NCBI GenBank assembly: GCA_965246715.1 | Contig: CBDFFH010000034.1 | Location: 32,001-96,000 of the forward strand | Direction: 5' to 3' | Length of the DNA stretch: 64,000 nucleotides | Source of the DNA: Chamaesiphon sp. | GTDB lineage: Bacteria > Cyanobacteriota > Cyanobacteriia > Cyanobacteriales > Chamaesiphonaceae | Shown: positions 1-10,992 of the stretch, piece after piece | How the letters are laid out: each line of letters opens with the position of its first letter | How positions within the stretch are numbered: the first letter of the stretch is position 1 | Notes under the pieces: generated by a model | Seen by the model: the letters and a program-made list of their open reading frames with translations, nothing else | What the model was told of the DNA's origin: nothing | The model's database searches: none | Translations under genes and position numbers: made by a program

Positions 1-264
1 TTGTGGGTCGATCGATTGCGGGAAATCGATCTTCCGCTCCATCCACACCGAATATTGCTGAGTATTTTTGACAATCAAACATCCTGTTCCTTGTTCGTCA
101 AAATGTCGGCTTAACCCCTGTGCTGCTTGTAATTCACCCGAAGAGAAAGTCTGAACTAGTTCGTACTGACGATCTCGATAATCGAGCAACGATATTTGTC
201 GCTCGGGGTTTTTGGCATCTGGACGCTGCGAGATCCGCACATCCTGAATATTAACGATATTCAT
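1..264 (-). CDS. Partial CDS running off the window start; conserved cyanobacterial hypothetical protein (Npun_F0813-like by recollection)
   Basis: ATG at 264, open frame to position 1 (MNIVNIQDVRISQRPDAKNPERQISLLDYRDRQYELV...YSVWMERK); not in the ORF track because it is truncated. Confidence 0.55.
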   Translation of the reverse strand, partial: MNIVNIQDVRISQRPDAKNPERQISLLDYRDRQYELVQTFSSGELQAAQGLSRHFDEQGTGCLIVKNTQQYSVWMERKIDFPQSIDPQ

Positions 265-330
265 AAGATCTATTAAATGCAATAATTTATATACCATAGA
301 CAAATAATTCTACTTTAGTATTAGGCCGAC

Positions 331-1218
331 TTAACCTTTAACCCCGCTTCCCGCAGCTGTGGGAACGATATATCGTTGGACGAAGGTAAATAACACTAAA
401 ACGGGCGCGATCGAAATCACTGAACCTGCCGCCACCAATCGCCAGTTCGATCCAAACGCACCCTCTGCTAATTTCGCAACTCCCAATGGCAAGGTGTAAT
501 AAGTATCCTCTTGCAATACGATCAGCGGCCACAAGAAATCACTCCAAGCACCGATAAACACAAAAATTGAGAGCGTTACCAATGCCGGACGAATTGCTGG
601 TAACATCACGCTCCACCAAATCCCAATCTCCCAACAACCATCCATTCGTGCCGCTTCTTCGAGTTCTTTGGGTACGGATTGAAAGGATTGACGCAACAAG
701 AAGATTCCAAAAGCTGAAGCTAGATTTGGTAGAATCACACCTAAATAAGTATTAATCAATCCTAGCTGAACGGCGATAATATATAGCGGAATCATCACGA
801 TTTGAAAGGGAATCATAATCGTCGAAACCACGATCGCAAAGATAAGTTCTTTACCCTTGAATTCTAGCCTAGCTAAAGGATAAGCAGCTAGCGCACAGAA
901 TACTAAATTAATTATCACACTCAAGATTGCCACCACACAACTATTAAATAAATAACGCCCAAAATCATTGCTTTGCCAAACAGTAATAATATTCTCTAAA
1001 GTTGGGTGACTCGGTAATAATTGGGGCGGCGACTGAAAAATATTTTCGTCTGCCGACTTGAGCGCCGTACTCAATAACCACAGCAACGGAAATAACATCA
1101 AACTCGCGATCGCACTCAGTCCACCATAGATCCCAACTAATCTCACCGTCGGGTGGTGCCACAAGGTAATTAGAAATGCTAAGAGGTGTTTCTGATACTG
1201 CATGAGAGGTGATGCCAA
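331..1218 (-). CDS. Carbohydrate ABC transporter permease (MalG/LacG type)
   Basis: Multi-TM protein with EAA loop PKELEEAARMDG and FIGAWSDFLWPL motif. Confidence 0.92.
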   Translation of the reverse strand: MASPLMQYQKHLLAFLITLWHHPTVRLVGIYGGLSAIASLMLFPLLWLLSTALKSADENIFQSPPQLLPSHPTLENIITVWQSNDFGRYLFNSCVVAILSVIINLVFCALAAYPLARLEFKGKELIFAIVVSTIMIPFQIVMIPLYIIAVQLGLINTYLGVILPNLASAFGIFLLRQSFQSVPKELEEAARMDGCWEIGIWWSVMLPAIRPALVTLSIFVFIGAWSDFLWPLIVLQEDTYYTLPLGVAKLAEGAFGSNWRLVAAGSVISIAPVLVLFTFVQRYIVPTAAGSGVKG

Positions 1219-1561
1219 TGAGATCGATCGCTTCCAATCTTACGCCCATATCGGTCACCGCAACCATTAACTAGCAATCGAGCAAAAATTTCAGGGTACC
1301 CACAAGGGGCACTCCTACTCAAATCGTCTGTAGGACTATATCGCTAACTATCTCAAAATTCCTCGCGTGCTGAGACGCGATCGCGATCGAAACGGGGTAA
1401 CCTATAGTAACGGTATTTTAAATGTTGTAAACTTTTCTTACAACTTGCCATGTTAATAAACAGGGTATATCATTGAGATAATGAGTATTTATACCTACCT
1501 ATGTTTGGGTACCATCGTTGTTTGGCTGCGAAGTATCCAGCTCGATCCTTAGCGATTATCT

Positions 1562-3184
1562 ATGATTTCTGAATTTCCCTGGCTCACTGCGATTATTGCG
1601 TTTCCGCTCATAGCTGCCTTAGCTATTCCCGTATTACCCGACACCGATGGTAAAACCGTGCGGCTTTACGCATTGGGAGCTGGGATCCTCGAATTTTGTT
1701 TGATTCTCTACACATTCGCTATACGATACGACTTTAATAACCCCAGCTTACAATTGGTCGAGCGCTATCGCTGGATACCACAACTAGGATTGAATTGGTC
1801 TTTGAGCGTAGATGGATTGTCTATGCCCTTAGTCGTGTTAACAGGGTTTGTGACCACGCTCGCAACCTTTGCGGCTTGGAATATCAAGATTAAGCCGCGC
1901 CTATTTTACAGCTTGATGTTGGTAATGTATAGTGCCCAGATTGCGGTATTTCTCGCCCAAGATCTACTCATGTTTTTCATGCTGTGGGAATTGGAACTGG
2001 TTCCGGTTTACCTAATTATTTCGATTTGGGGTGGGGCGCAGCGACTATATGCAGCGACTAAATTTATCCTCTACACTGCCCTGGGATCGATCTTCATCTT
2101 GATTGCTGCCCTCGCACTGGCTTTCTATGGCGGTAACATCACATTTGACTTTACCGAACTCGGACTCAAGCAATACCCGATCGGGTTAGAATTATTAGCC
2201 TATGCTGGCTTGCTGATTGCATTTGGGGTCAAATTACCGATTTTCCCTTTGCATACTTGGCTACCAGATGCTCACGGCGAAGCACCCGCACCTGGATCGA
2301 TGATTTTAGCAGGTGTCTTACTCAAAATGGGCGGTTATGCACTAATTCGCCTCAATGCCGAAATGCTGCCCCACGCTCACGTATATTTCGCGCCTGTCCT
2401 CGCGGTACTCGGTGTTGTAAACATCGTCTACGGTGCCCTCGCAGCCTTCTCTCAGGACAATCTCAAGCGGCGGTTGGCTTACTCTTCGATTTCCCATATG
2501 GGGTTTGTATTAATCGGGATTGCTTCATTCACTGCGTTGGGTATTAATGGCGCGATGCTGCAGATGATCTCTCACGGATTAATTGCCGCAGGTTTATTTT
2601 TCCTCTCTGGGGTAACCTACGAACGCTCCCACACCCTATCGATGGAGAAAATGGGCGGGATTGGTAAATCCATGCCGATAACTTTTTCCCTCTTTACTGC
2701 TGGTGCGATGGCTTCACTCGCTTTACCTGGGATGAGCGGCTTTGTCGGCGAATTGACGGTTTTTCTGGGCTTGACTACTAGCGATGTTTATAGTAGTGAA
2801 TTTAAAACGATCGCGATCTTCCTATCCGCAGTCGGACTGGTGATTACGCCCATCTATTTACTCTCGATGTTACGACGGGTATTTTTTGGACAAGAACGCG
2901 ATACCGTCCCGATCGAGCCGTGGTTGGATATTAAGCCGCGCGAGCTGATAATTACGATGAGTTTCTTGATTCCGATTATCGGGATTGGTTTGTATCCCAA
3001 ACTTGCGACTCAAACTTATGACAGTACGACTGTTGCTGTCGCCGCTCATCTGCGGAACGCTTTACCAACGATCGCGCGGAGCGGGCATACTAGCTTGTAC
3101 GCTCAGGTGAATGCAGAACCTGCCCAAACGACAATTGGGACACCAATTATTCCTGGTAAATTGGTCGGTTCGATCGCGCGTTAA
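1562..3184 (+). CDS. ndhD: NAD(P)H-quinone oxidoreductase subunit 4 (NdhD family)
   Basis: [45 protein letters not shown] motifs. Confidence 0.95.
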   Translation: MISEFPWLTAIIAFPLIAALAIPVLPDTDGKTVRLYALGAGILEFCLILYTFAIRYDFNNPSLQLVERYRWIPQLGLNWSLSVDGLSMPLVVLTGFVTTLATFAAWNIKIKPRLFYSLMLVMYSAQIAVFLAQDLLMFFMLWELELVPVYLIISIWGGAQRLYAATKFILYTALGSIFILIAALALAFYGGNITFDFTELGLKQYPIGLELLAYAGLLIAFGVKLPIFPLHTWLPDAHGEAPAPGSMILAGVLLKMGGYALIRLNAEMLPHAHVYFAPVLAVLGVVNIVYGALAAFSQDNLKRRLAYSSISHMGFVLIGIASFTALGINGAMLQMISHGLIAAGLFFLSGVTYERSHTLSMEKMGGIGKSMPITFSLFTAGAMASLALPGMSGFVGELTVFLGLTTSDVYSSEFKTIAIFLSAVGLVITPIYLLSMLRRVFFGQERDTVPIEPWLDIKPRELIITMSFLIPIIGIGLYPKLATQTYDSTTVAVAAHLRNALPTIARSGHTSLYAQVNAEPAQTTIGTPIIPGKLVGSIAR

Positions 3185-3218
3185 TTTGGTGGCAATCGAG
3201 GACAGGCTAACTGAATGC

Positions 3219-3255
3219 AAACCTGTATAGTTCAAAGCTATACAGGTTTTGTTTT
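3219..3255. terminator. Likely intrinsic terminator between convergent ndhD and TPR genes
   Basis: AAACCTGTATAG-7nt-CTATACAGGTTT stem followed by a T-rich tail. Confidence 0.7.
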
Positions 3256-3298
3256 AACGATCGATTGTTCATCTGAGGGATTCTGTGTGATATGCGGA

Positions 3299-3817
3299 TT
3301 AAAGCATTCCTGATTCCCAACTTTCATCGGTGCTAACTCGATCGATCAGTTCGATCGTGCTGTGATATTTAGTGAGATTACCTTGCTCCTGAAATAGTTT
3401 CGCCGCTTGCTGTAGATCGAGGAGTGCTTCTGGCTCGCACGCTAACATACGATAGACGAAACCTCTGCTAGAATACGATCGCGCATCGGTAGGATTGAGT
3501 TCGATCGCCCGATCGTAATCGCTAATCGCCCGGGTATAATTTTTAACGAGATAGTGAATAAAACCGCGTCGATAATAAGCAATTGCTAAATCGGGATCGA
3601 GATCGATCGCTTGGGTATAGTCTGACATTGCCTCAATAATGTCGCCCAAACGGTACTGCGTTACACCCCGACAAGCATAAGCGCTCGCGGATTCAGGCTT
3701 GAGTTCGATCGCTGTAGAGTATTCAGCCAGTGCCCCTTGATAATCTCGCTCTTGATATTTCGATCGAGCAGATTTTAATAGCTGTTGGTATGTAGCGGCG
3801 GTGGTAGTAAAATTCAT
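3299..3817 (-). CDS. Tetratricopeptide repeat protein
   Basis: Repeated AY..RG...Y.....A..DY..AI.L.P TPR units. Confidence 0.9.
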   Translation of the reverse strand: MNFTTTAATYQQLLKSARSKYQERDYQGALAEYSTAIELKPESASAYACRGVTQYRLGDIIEAMSDYTQAIDLDPDLAIAYYRRGFIHYLVKNYTRAISDYDRAIELNPTDARSYSSRGFVYRMLACEPEALLDLQQAAKLFQEQGNLTKYHSTIELIDRVSTDESWESGML

Positions 3818-4123
3818 TGCTTGACTGAGAATGTGTTGGATGTGGATATTTATTGTCTATACAGAAGATCTAAATGAAAGATAAATAGAGAATGAAATCT
3901 GGTGAGTAATTCGCACGAGCTAAGGGTGCGAGCTGATAGTTAAATACAAAAAATACTTTTGAAACTAACACTCAAACGTACCTAACATTCTTAAATTACC
4001 CATAAGTAATCAAAAAACAGCAATTTCGACTTAATGTTTATATTTCCTGTTGTTGCCCTTAAGACTACACGTTCGGACGATCGTCTCGTTTGCGGTTACC
4101 ACTGAATCGATCGAGGGAGTGCT

Positions 4124-4498
4124 TCACCAGTGCAGAATTTTGGAGATTTGCGCTGGCAGATCGATCGAATTAAATGGTTTTGTAATTATGCCACTGATGC
4201 CGAGATCTGGAAATTGGCTGCTGTGAGCCGTTTGGATGCTACCGGTCATCAATATGACTGGAATGTTCGCAGTAATTCGATCGGTTTGGAGCGCCCGACA
4301 AGTGGCAATTCCATCGATTCCTGGCATCATTAGATCCAACAAGATCGCATCGGGAAGTTCTCGTTTGGCGATCTCGATGCCCGCATCTCCGGCACTGGCA
4401 GATATTACTTCCCATCCCGCCGCGATGTTGATGCCAAATTTGACGATTAGCTGGATGGCTTCATCATCATCGATAATTAACAGGCGTTTGTGACTCAT
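4124..4498 (-). CDS. Single-domain response regulator (CheY-like)
   Basis: LLIIDDD, PDAILLDLMMP (phospho-Asp), KPF motif. Confidence 0.92.
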   Translation of the reverse strand: MSHKRLLIIDDDEAIQLIVKFGINIAAGWEVISASAGDAGIEIAKRELPDAILLDLMMPGIDGIATCRALQTDRITANIPVILMTGSIQTAHSSQFPDLGISGIITKPFNSIDLPAQISKILHW

Positions 4499-4609
4499 TG
4501 ATTCGTAAATAGTGAATAGTGATTTCCTTCTATTCGTGCCCTTTCCTCCTCTAATCGCTCGAACTTATCACCATAAATATGGGAGAGCCACCTCTTCCGT
4601 AAAGCATTC

Positions 4610-5095
4610 TCATACCTGCCTGCCTAAGATGACTAAATCTCGATCGATCCCATTGAGTTCGGCGATTTGGGGTAAATAACCCCATTGCTGGAAACCCTGC
4701 TTTTTAAATAAGTTTAAACTCGGTGGATTGTGAGCAAAAATGAAGGCAACTAGTGTTTTTAGATCTAGGCTCGGGGCTGTCTCGAGCGCTTTAACTAATA
4801 AGCTATTTCCCAATTGTTGGCGATAAAAATCTGGGGATACATAAACGCTTACCTCTGCTGTATGGCGATACGCATCGCGACCATAAAACGATCGAAAACT
4901 CAGCCAGGCAGCGATCTTATCGTCTGTTTCTAGTACCCATAACGGACGACGCTCGGGTGTATGCGCGCAAAACCATTCCATTCGACTCTCGACTGTCACT
5001 GGCTCTAAATCTGCTGTCGCCATCCGTCCGGGAATCGACGTATTATAAATCTCAATAATTGTTGGTAAATCTTCGATCGTTGCGTCGCGAATCAT
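4610..5095 (-). CDS. GNAT N-acetyltransferase (phosphinothricin acetyltransferase/YncA-like)
   Basis: IRDAT..DLP.I.EIYN, AYRHTAEVSVYV, HNPPSLNLF motifs. Confidence 0.88.
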   Translation of the reverse strand: MIRDATIEDLPTIIEIYNTSIPGRMATADLEPVTVESRMEWFCAHTPERRPLWVLETDDKIAAWLSFRSFYGRDAYRHTAEVSVYVSPDFYRQQLGNSLLVKALETAPSLDLKTLVAFIFAHNPPSLNLFKKQGFQQWGYLPQIAELNGIDRDLVILGRQV

Positions 5096-5232
5096 CTACT
5101 AAATTATTGGCGTTAAAATTAGCAACGCCAAATTATAAATTACAATCTTAGAGACAACTTAACGGTTGTCTCAAATGTTTCAACTAAATGTTATCTCGAT
5201 CGGGCGCTGTTTTCATAATTTATAATTTAACT

Positions 5233-5406
5233 AACGTGAGTTCGGGTTAAGGATATTTGCTTCGTTCAAGCACCGCACTCGATTGAAATCGGTGCTAATA
5301 GTGCAAAGTCCGCCTTCGCGGACTAATTATCTAGTCCGCGAAGGCGGACTTTGCATCATGAGCCGAGACTTCAGTCTCCAGGCTATTCTTATCCCGAACT
5401 GACGTT
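5233..5406. repeat. Composite REP-like element: terminal IR AACGTGAGTTCGGG/CCCGAACTGACGTT enclosing the palindromic doublet AAAGTCCGCCTTCGCGGACT
   Basis: Nested inverted repeats; close relative at 40868-41031; supplies the last codons and stop of the ORF at 5389-5820. Confidence 0.8.
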
Positions 5407-5820
5407 AACTACCCATTTCCAGAGTGGATGAGAACTACCCTGCTTGCGAATCTGACAAACTTGTCTCGCTAGCCGTTCGCGTTCGTGTTTAGAAATGCCC
5501 CAGATCGAGTTGCAACTTTGCCATAATAACGTACCAGTCATCATCCCCAGACATATTGCTAAACCGATTGCGGCAATCGGTTGAAAGACTAATCCATATT
5601 TGACCGCCGCCCAAGTAAAATCCTCGCGGATCAAATCGATCGGGTAGCGCAATTCCCAGAGGCTGTACACCCCAATAGTAGCCCACAGCAACCCGATCGT
5701 CACCCACCTGCCATAGAGATGTAACCGATACAACCGATCGATTTGGCTTTTAAAAACCGGATCGAGTTCGAGATCGGGCAATTCATCAGCATTGCATTCG
5801 CCAGATTCGACCTCAGACAT
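5389..5820 (-). CDS. Conserved cyanobacterial hypothetical membrane protein
   Basis: Two hydrophobic segments and a C-terminal IRKQGSSHPLWKWV motif. Confidence 0.75.
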   Translation of the reverse strand: MSEVESGECNADELPDLELDPVFKSQIDRLYRLHLYGRWVTIGLLWATIGVYSLWELRYPIDLIREDFTWAAVKYGLVFQPIAAIGLAICLGMMTGTLLWQSCNSIWGISKHERERLARQVCQIRKQGSSHPLWKWVVNVSSG

Positions 5821-5916
5821 AACTAAATTCCTTTCCTCTATTTAAGACAGCAAATCCGCTCGGATCTTTAGTATCGATAACTTAGATCCAGCTACGCTTG
5901 AAGATATTGCTAGCGA

Positions 5917-6876
5917 TTAAGATTCAGAACTTATAGCGGTGGGATTGGGTGTAACTGGATGCTTTTCCCGCCACCAAGCAAACAGGGTACTAGCGATAAA
6001 GATACTGGAGTAAGCTCCCGCCGTAAAGCCGATAATCAAACACAAAGCGAAGTTTTTGAGCGTCTCACCACCGAACAAGAAAATAGCGAATAGCGTCAAA
6101 AGTACTGTCAGGGTAGTATTGATCGATCGAGACATGGTTTGATTGACCGCATCATCTACAATCTGGGTAATCGGCTGGTCGGGATGCAAGCTGATAACTT
6201 CACGAATCCGATCGTAAATCACGACCGTATCGTTCACCGAAAAACCGATAATCGTCAAGATCGCGACGACGAATAAACTATCGATTTCGACACCGCCAAC
6301 TAAACCTAAGATCGAGAAAATTCCAGTCGTAATAAATACATCATGGAATAACGCGACAAAAGCGAAGAACGCATAGTCGAGTTTGAAGCGGAAGGTTAAA
6401 TATACTAGAATCAAGGCAAACGATAATCCGATCGCAATTAAGCCATTTTGAAATAACTCTTGGCCGAGTGTCGGCCCGACTGTATCGTTTTGAGTTTTCT
6501 GCGGGTCGAATTTACCGATCTTTTCCGACAATGCACTTTCTAATTTAGTTCTAGCATCGACCTTGAGATCCTTAGTCCGAATCGACAGCCCAGTTGAGTC
6601 CTTACCAACGACTTGGATCAGCGGATCGACAATTCCTTGATTTCTCACGATTTCTCGGACGACGGCGATATCGATCGGTTTACAATTATTCGCGATCGAA
6701 CAGTCTAATTCATACTGTAATTTCGAGCCACCAGTAAAGTCTAGTCCTCTCCGTAATGGCGATCCGATCTCAGGGTTAGTCCACGATAAAATCATCGAGA
6801 CAATCCCCGTCAAGATAATCGCAATCGATAGCATCCACCACCATTTGCGCTGTTTGGTAACACTAAATTTTTTCAT
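5917..6876 (-). CDS. secF: Protein translocase subunit SecF
   Basis: GLDFTGG, ALFHDV, GFSVNDTVVIYDRIRE, RSINT. Confidence 0.97.
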   Translation of the reverse strand: MKKFSVTKQRKWWWMLSIAIILTGIVSMILSWTNPEIGSPLRRGLDFTGGSKLQYELDCSIANNCKPIDIAVVREIVRNQGIVDPLIQVVGKDSTGLSIRTKDLKVDARTKLESALSEKIGKFDPQKTQNDTVGPTLGQELFQNGLIAIGLSFALILVYLTFRFKLDYAFFAFVALFHDVFITTGIFSILGLVGGVEIDSLFVVAILTIIGFSVNDTVVIYDRIREVISLHPDQPITQIVDDAVNQTMSRSINTTLTVLLTLFAIFLFGGETLKNFALCLIIGFTAGAYSSIFIASTLFAWWREKHPVTPNPTAISSES

Positions 6877-7014
6877 ATAATTTCGATCGGTTATTAATTT
6901 TAAGGGATAAAAACTCTCTAGCTAGTTCGAGCTTAAACCCTAGCTGGTGGGCATTTGCCCACCCTACTTCTAAACCGTCGGGGAACCCGACGAGCGCGCA
7001 TCGCGAGCCACCAT

Positions 7015-8406
7015 TCAACTACTCGGTAAATTTGGTACGAATAACTGAGTTTTCTGCCGCAAAGCTGGAAAACCTAGTACTAGCAGTAACAAGAATGTCC
7101 GCGTACAGGTTAATGAGGTGAATAAGCTCAACAATACCCCAACTGCCAACGTAACCGCATAACCTTTCACCAGTCCCGAACCCAGGAAAAATAGCGCCCC
7201 GCAGGAAATTAACGTGGTAACGTGACTGTCGAGAATACTATCGAACGCGCGATGAAATCCAGCTTCTACCGACTTATACAAAGTTTTGCCAGCCCGTAGC
7301 TCCTCACGGGTGCGCTCGAAGATCAGGACATTGGCATCCACAGCCATCCCGATACTCAAGATAAACCCGGCAATCCCTGGCAGTGTCAATGTTACATCCA
7401 AAAGATTGAAAGCGGCCAGGGTTAAGAGTGCATAAATTATCAATGCCACGTCAGCGACAAGTCCCGGGACACGATAGTAGACAGCCATAAAGATTGCCAC
7501 GAGCATCAATCCGCCGATCCCAGCATAGATACTACTCATAATGCTATCTCGCCCCAGGGTCGCTCCTACCGTCCGGTTCTCCACGATTTCAACGGGAACT
7601 GGGAGCGAACCACCCCGTAATTGCACCGCGAGATCGTTAGCTTTTTCGGTAGTAAAGTTACCGGTAATTACGGCTTTACCGCCAGTAATCCCCGTCGCCG
7701 CAAATTGTGGGCCGACAGTTGGCGTACTAATCGGATCGTTGTCTAGGAATACACCGATCGTGCGACCCGTACCAGCTAAGCTTTTAGTCAGTTTAGCAAA
7801 TGCTTCGCCACCAGCACCATCAAACTCGATCGCAACTTCCCAACCGCTATTACTTAAGGGTTGCGGACTGGCATTTTTAAGTTGCTTACCTGTAATTGCT
7901 GCGTTATCGAATAACTTACCAATCTCCGCAAACTGTCTACTGAGTGCGGCTTGATTGTCTAAAATGGCTTGTTTGTCACCAGACTTTTTGAGGAGGGTCT
8001 GAGTGCGCTTAGCTTCTTCTAGTACTGCCAACTCAGCACCGAGCTTACCTTCGGTACCCACTTTTTGCTCGCGAAATTCGAGTTGAGCGGTACCGCCGAG
8101 GACGCGTTCGGCTTGCTGGGGGTCGTTGACTCCAGGCAATTGGACTAAAACTCGATCGGTTCCCGAAGATTGCACCAAAGCTTCGGCTACACCCAAGCCA
8201 TTAATCCGATTTTCGATCACCGTTTTGACCGCATCGAGATCGAGCTTGGTGATTTCAGGATGTTCTTTAGTTGGCTTAATCTGAATGGTGAGTTGCGAGC
8301 CTCCTTGTAAGTCAAGTCCCAAGCGCATGGGTTTGTTGATTAACAGAGTCATCGCAGCGATCGCTAGGACTATAATTAAGCCTAAAATAACTCGCTGTTT
8401 TTGCAT
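7015..8406 (-). CDS. secD: Protein translocase subunit SecD (start moved to MQKQR at 8406)
   Basis: LGLDLQGG, GMAVDANVLIFER; the ORF-track extension is translated heptamer repeat. Confidence 0.96.
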   Translation of the reverse strand: MQKQRVILGLIIVLAIAAMTLLINKPMRLGLDLQGGSQLTIQIKPTKEHPEITKLDLDAVKTVIENRINGLGVAEALVQSSGTDRVLVQLPGVNDPQQAERVLGGTAQLEFREQKVGTEGKLGAELAVLEEAKRTQTLLKKSGDKQAILDNQAALSRQFAEIGKLFDNAAITGKQLKNASPQPLSNSGWEVAIEFDGAGGEAFAKLTKSLAGTGRTIGVFLDNDPISTPTVGPQFAATGITGGKAVITGNFTTEKANDLAVQLRGGSLPVPVEIVENRTVGATLGRDSIMSSIYAGIGGLMLVAIFMAVYYRVPGLVADVALIIYALLTLAAFNLLDVTLTLPGIAGFILSIGMAVDANVLIFERTREELRAGKTLYKSVEAGFHRAFDSILDSHVTTLISCGALFFLGSGLVKGYAVTLAVGVLLSLFTSLTCTRTFLLLLVLGFPALRQKTQLFVPNLPSS

Positions 8407-8416
8407 AATAAATTTA

Positions 8417-8458
8417 AATAGTGAATAGTGAATAGTGAATACTGAATAGTGAATAGTG
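8417..8458. repeat. Short tandem heptamer repeat (AATAGTG)n, STRR-like
   Basis: About six tandem copies, one with a G>C change. Confidence 0.8.
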
Positions 8459-8630
8459 AGTATTGGGTTAAAGGAAACAGGATATGGACTCATAGATCCT
8501 TTAACTATCCGCCTGTAGCTACAAGGGAATTAGACTATTTGTTAATAGTTACGAGCGTGGAAATTAAGTAACAATAATTTTCTCTTTCCTTACCCCTCAC
8601 CCCCAGCCACTGGTCACTAGTCACTACCCC

Positions 8631-9614
8631 CTAGACTTTGCCATCTACCATCTGTTTGATGGCTTCGACAATTTGGGGCGGTTGGATAATCGTTAGATAC
8701 TCTAACTTTCCATTGTAAGGGGTCGGAATATCTTGTGACGACATCCGCAGTACGGGTGCATCTAGCTCATCAAAGAAATTATCGACGATCGAAGCTGTCA
8801 ATTCTGCCCCAATCCCACCAGTTCGCATACATTCTTCGACAATGATTACTTTGTGGGTCTTCTTAATCGATGCCCCAATTGTCTCCAGATCTAATGGTTT
8901 GAGCGAAATCAGGTCGATAATTTCCGGATCGTAGCCCTCCGACTCCAGCATTGACATCGCTTGGGTGCAATGATGGCGCATCCGCGAGTATGTGAGCACC
9001 GTGACATCTTTACCAGGACGCACGATCTCGGCTTTATCTAACGGCTGGAGATATTCACCATCGGGTAAATCTTCTTTGAGGTTATAGAGTAAAACGTGCT
9101 CGAAGAACAATACTGGGTTATCGTCTCTAATTGCCGATTTGAGCAGCCCCTTCGCATTGCGTGGTGTCGAACAAGCGACGATTTTCAAGCCAGGAACTGC
9201 TTGGAAATAAGCTTCCAATCGTTGGGAGTGTTCCGCACCCAATTGTCTGCCGACCCCACCAGGCCCGCGAATTACGAGGGGAATTGTAAAATTACCACCA
9301 GATGTATAGCGGAGCATCCCCGCATTATTGGAGATCTGGTTGAAGGCGAGGAGCAGAAACCCCATGTTCATCCCTTCAATAATCGGACGTAATCCGGTCA
9401 TGGCAGCACCTACAGCCATCCCGGTAAAACTATTTTCGGCGATCGGGGTGTCCAATACCCGCAGGTCTCCATATTTCTTATAGAGATCCTTAGTCACTTT
9501 GTAGGAACCACCGTAATGTCCGACATCTTCACCCATGACTAGTACGGCTGAATCCCTCGCCATCTCTTCATCGATCGCGGCACGTAGGGCATTAAAAAAT
9601 AGAGTTTCTGCCAT
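8631..9614 (-). CDS. pdhB: Pyruvate dehydrogenase E1 beta subunit
   Basis: [26 protein letters not shown]; pdhB-secD-secF order typical of cyanobacteria; start at MAETL. Confidence 0.96.
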   Translation of the reverse strand: MAETLFFNALRAAIDEEMARDSAVLVMGEDVGHYGGSYKVTKDLYKKYGDLRVLDTPIAENSFTGMAVGAAMTGLRPIIEGMNMGFLLLAFNQISNNAGMLRYTSGGNFTIPLVIRGPGGVGRQLGAEHSQRLEAYFQAVPGLKIVACSTPRNAKGLLKSAIRDDNPVLFFEHVLLYNLKEDLPDGEYLQPLDKAEIVRPGKDVTVLTYSRMRHHCTQAMSMLESEGYDPEIIDLISLKPLDLETIGASIKKTHKVIIVEECMRTGGIGAELTASIVDNFFDELDAPVLRMSSQDIPTPYNGKLEYLTIIQPPQIVEAIKQMVDGKV

Positions 9615-9739
9615 GCTAGGTTTACAACACTTGAATTTCTCAGATCTCACTCTAGCAGAGTTAGGGAATAGGGAGTAGGGGTAGGGACGTAGGATAGTTT
9701 ATTCTCTAAATAGTTGGCGTTGAAGTTTGGCTGTCGTCT

Positions 9740-10291
9740 GTGACGAGCGAACCGACTAATTTTTTAAATATATCCCCAGCCATGATTAGAAAAGTCGAAG
9801 TCGTTCCACACGACCCAAATTGGCAGATTGCCTTCGAGTCAGAATCACAGCAAGTTAAAATAGCACTGGGCGAAAATGTCATCGCTATTCATCATATTGG
9901 CAGCACATCGATCTCAACAATTCACGCCAAACCAATTATCGATCTGCTAGTTGAGGTCGGAGACATCGCTAAAGTTGACGATCGCAATTCACAGATGCAA
10001 GCATTGGGCTATGAGTGCATGGGCGAGTTTGGCATTCCCGCTCGGCGGTTTTTCCGCAAAGACAATGCCGCCGGAATTAGAACCCACCACATTCATACCT
10101 TCGAGGTAGACTCAGCTCAAGTAAAACGTCACCTCGCATTTCGCGATTATCTAAACGCTCATCCAGCAGCAGCGCAACAATACAGCGAACTAAAACAAGA
10201 ACTTGCAAAGCAGTACCCAAATGATATTCAGGAGTATATGGATGGAAAAAATGAATTTATTCATGCGATCGATCTTAAAGCAGCCGAGTAG
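9740..10291 (+). CDS. GrpB/UPF0157 family nucleotidyltransferase-fold protein
   Basis: HIGSTSI...AKPIIDL, HLAFRDYL, Y..LK..LA motifs. Confidence 0.88.
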   Translation: MTSEPTNFLNISPAMIRKVEVVPHDPNWQIAFESESQQVKIALGENVIAIHHIGSTSISTIHAKPIIDLLVEVGDIAKVDDRNSQMQALGYECMGEFGIPARRFFRKDNAAGIRTHHIHTFEVDSAQVKRHLAFRDYLNAHPAAAQQYSELKQELAKQYPNDIQEYMDGKNEFIHAIDLKAAE

Positions 10292-10296
10292 ATCCC

Positions 10297-10358
10297 GGGT
10301 GCCCCTTGTGGGCACCCCTACACAATTTACCTGTAGGGGATCCCCTTGTGGGTACCCT
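10297..10358. repeat. REP-like palindrome pair
   Basis: GGGTGCCCCTTGTGGGCACCCCTAC...GTAGGGGATCCCCTTGTGGGTACCC; related unit near 1293-1317. Confidence 0.6.
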
Positions 10359-10482
10359 CAGATCTGCGCTTTTACTAGTTTTCATATATTAGTGAAAGAT
10401 GCGAACAACCTGGTTTGGATCGGTAGTAACCCATCGCTAATAATTAATAGTTGAATGGCTAACTGGCACACACGATCGCGAT

Positions 10483-10770
10483 TTATCGATCGGGAAGATC
10501 TGGCGATCCATCGATCGCACTCTCTTGTAATTTAAGTGCGTGGAAGATACTCAGGACATCACAATGCCACTCTGGTAAAATTAGTGTCATCACAATCTCT
10601 TCCAAACTGTTAACCAGACAGAGCACGATCGGGAGCCATAACGTTGGTGAGTAGTCAAAGCCAAATAGTGCCACTGTTGCCACCAGCAGCGTCAACCCCC
10701 AGATTTTGGCAGTGTAGGTATGAAAGCTGGGGAATTTGCGAAATTTGCCCAAACTGACGGCAAATAGCAG
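10483..10770 (-). pseudogene. C-terminal fragment of a CDP-alcohol phosphatidyltransferase-like membrane protein
   Basis: KFRKFPSFHTYTAKIWG...LEEI...LPEWHCDVLSIFHA resembles the family C-terminus; no N-terminal catalytic part or good start. Confidence 0.55.
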
Positions 10771-10992
10771 TAATCGAAAATAAAGATCTGTCTTGTGAGT
10801 GATTTGTTTGCTTGGCGATCGCCATTAAGCTTGGATAGACAATACTACAGACAACTTCCGACCAGCGTGGATGGTTACAGCAACAGCACATTCATAGAAA
10901 TCTTTAGCACCACTAGGGTTGCAACCCTATTTGCATAGCTCTGGAGGTTAACACATCGCTCGACGCGAATACTTACTGTTTGCCATTGATAT

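Noticed and set aside
1424..1444. GTTGTAA-N7-TTACAAC palindrome upstream of ndhD as an NtcA site
   Set aside because: Spacing is GTA-N9-TAC, not N8; regulator cannot be assigned
8407..8493. N-terminal extension of SecD in the ORF track
   Set aside because: Translation of AATAGTG tandem repeats; real start at 8406
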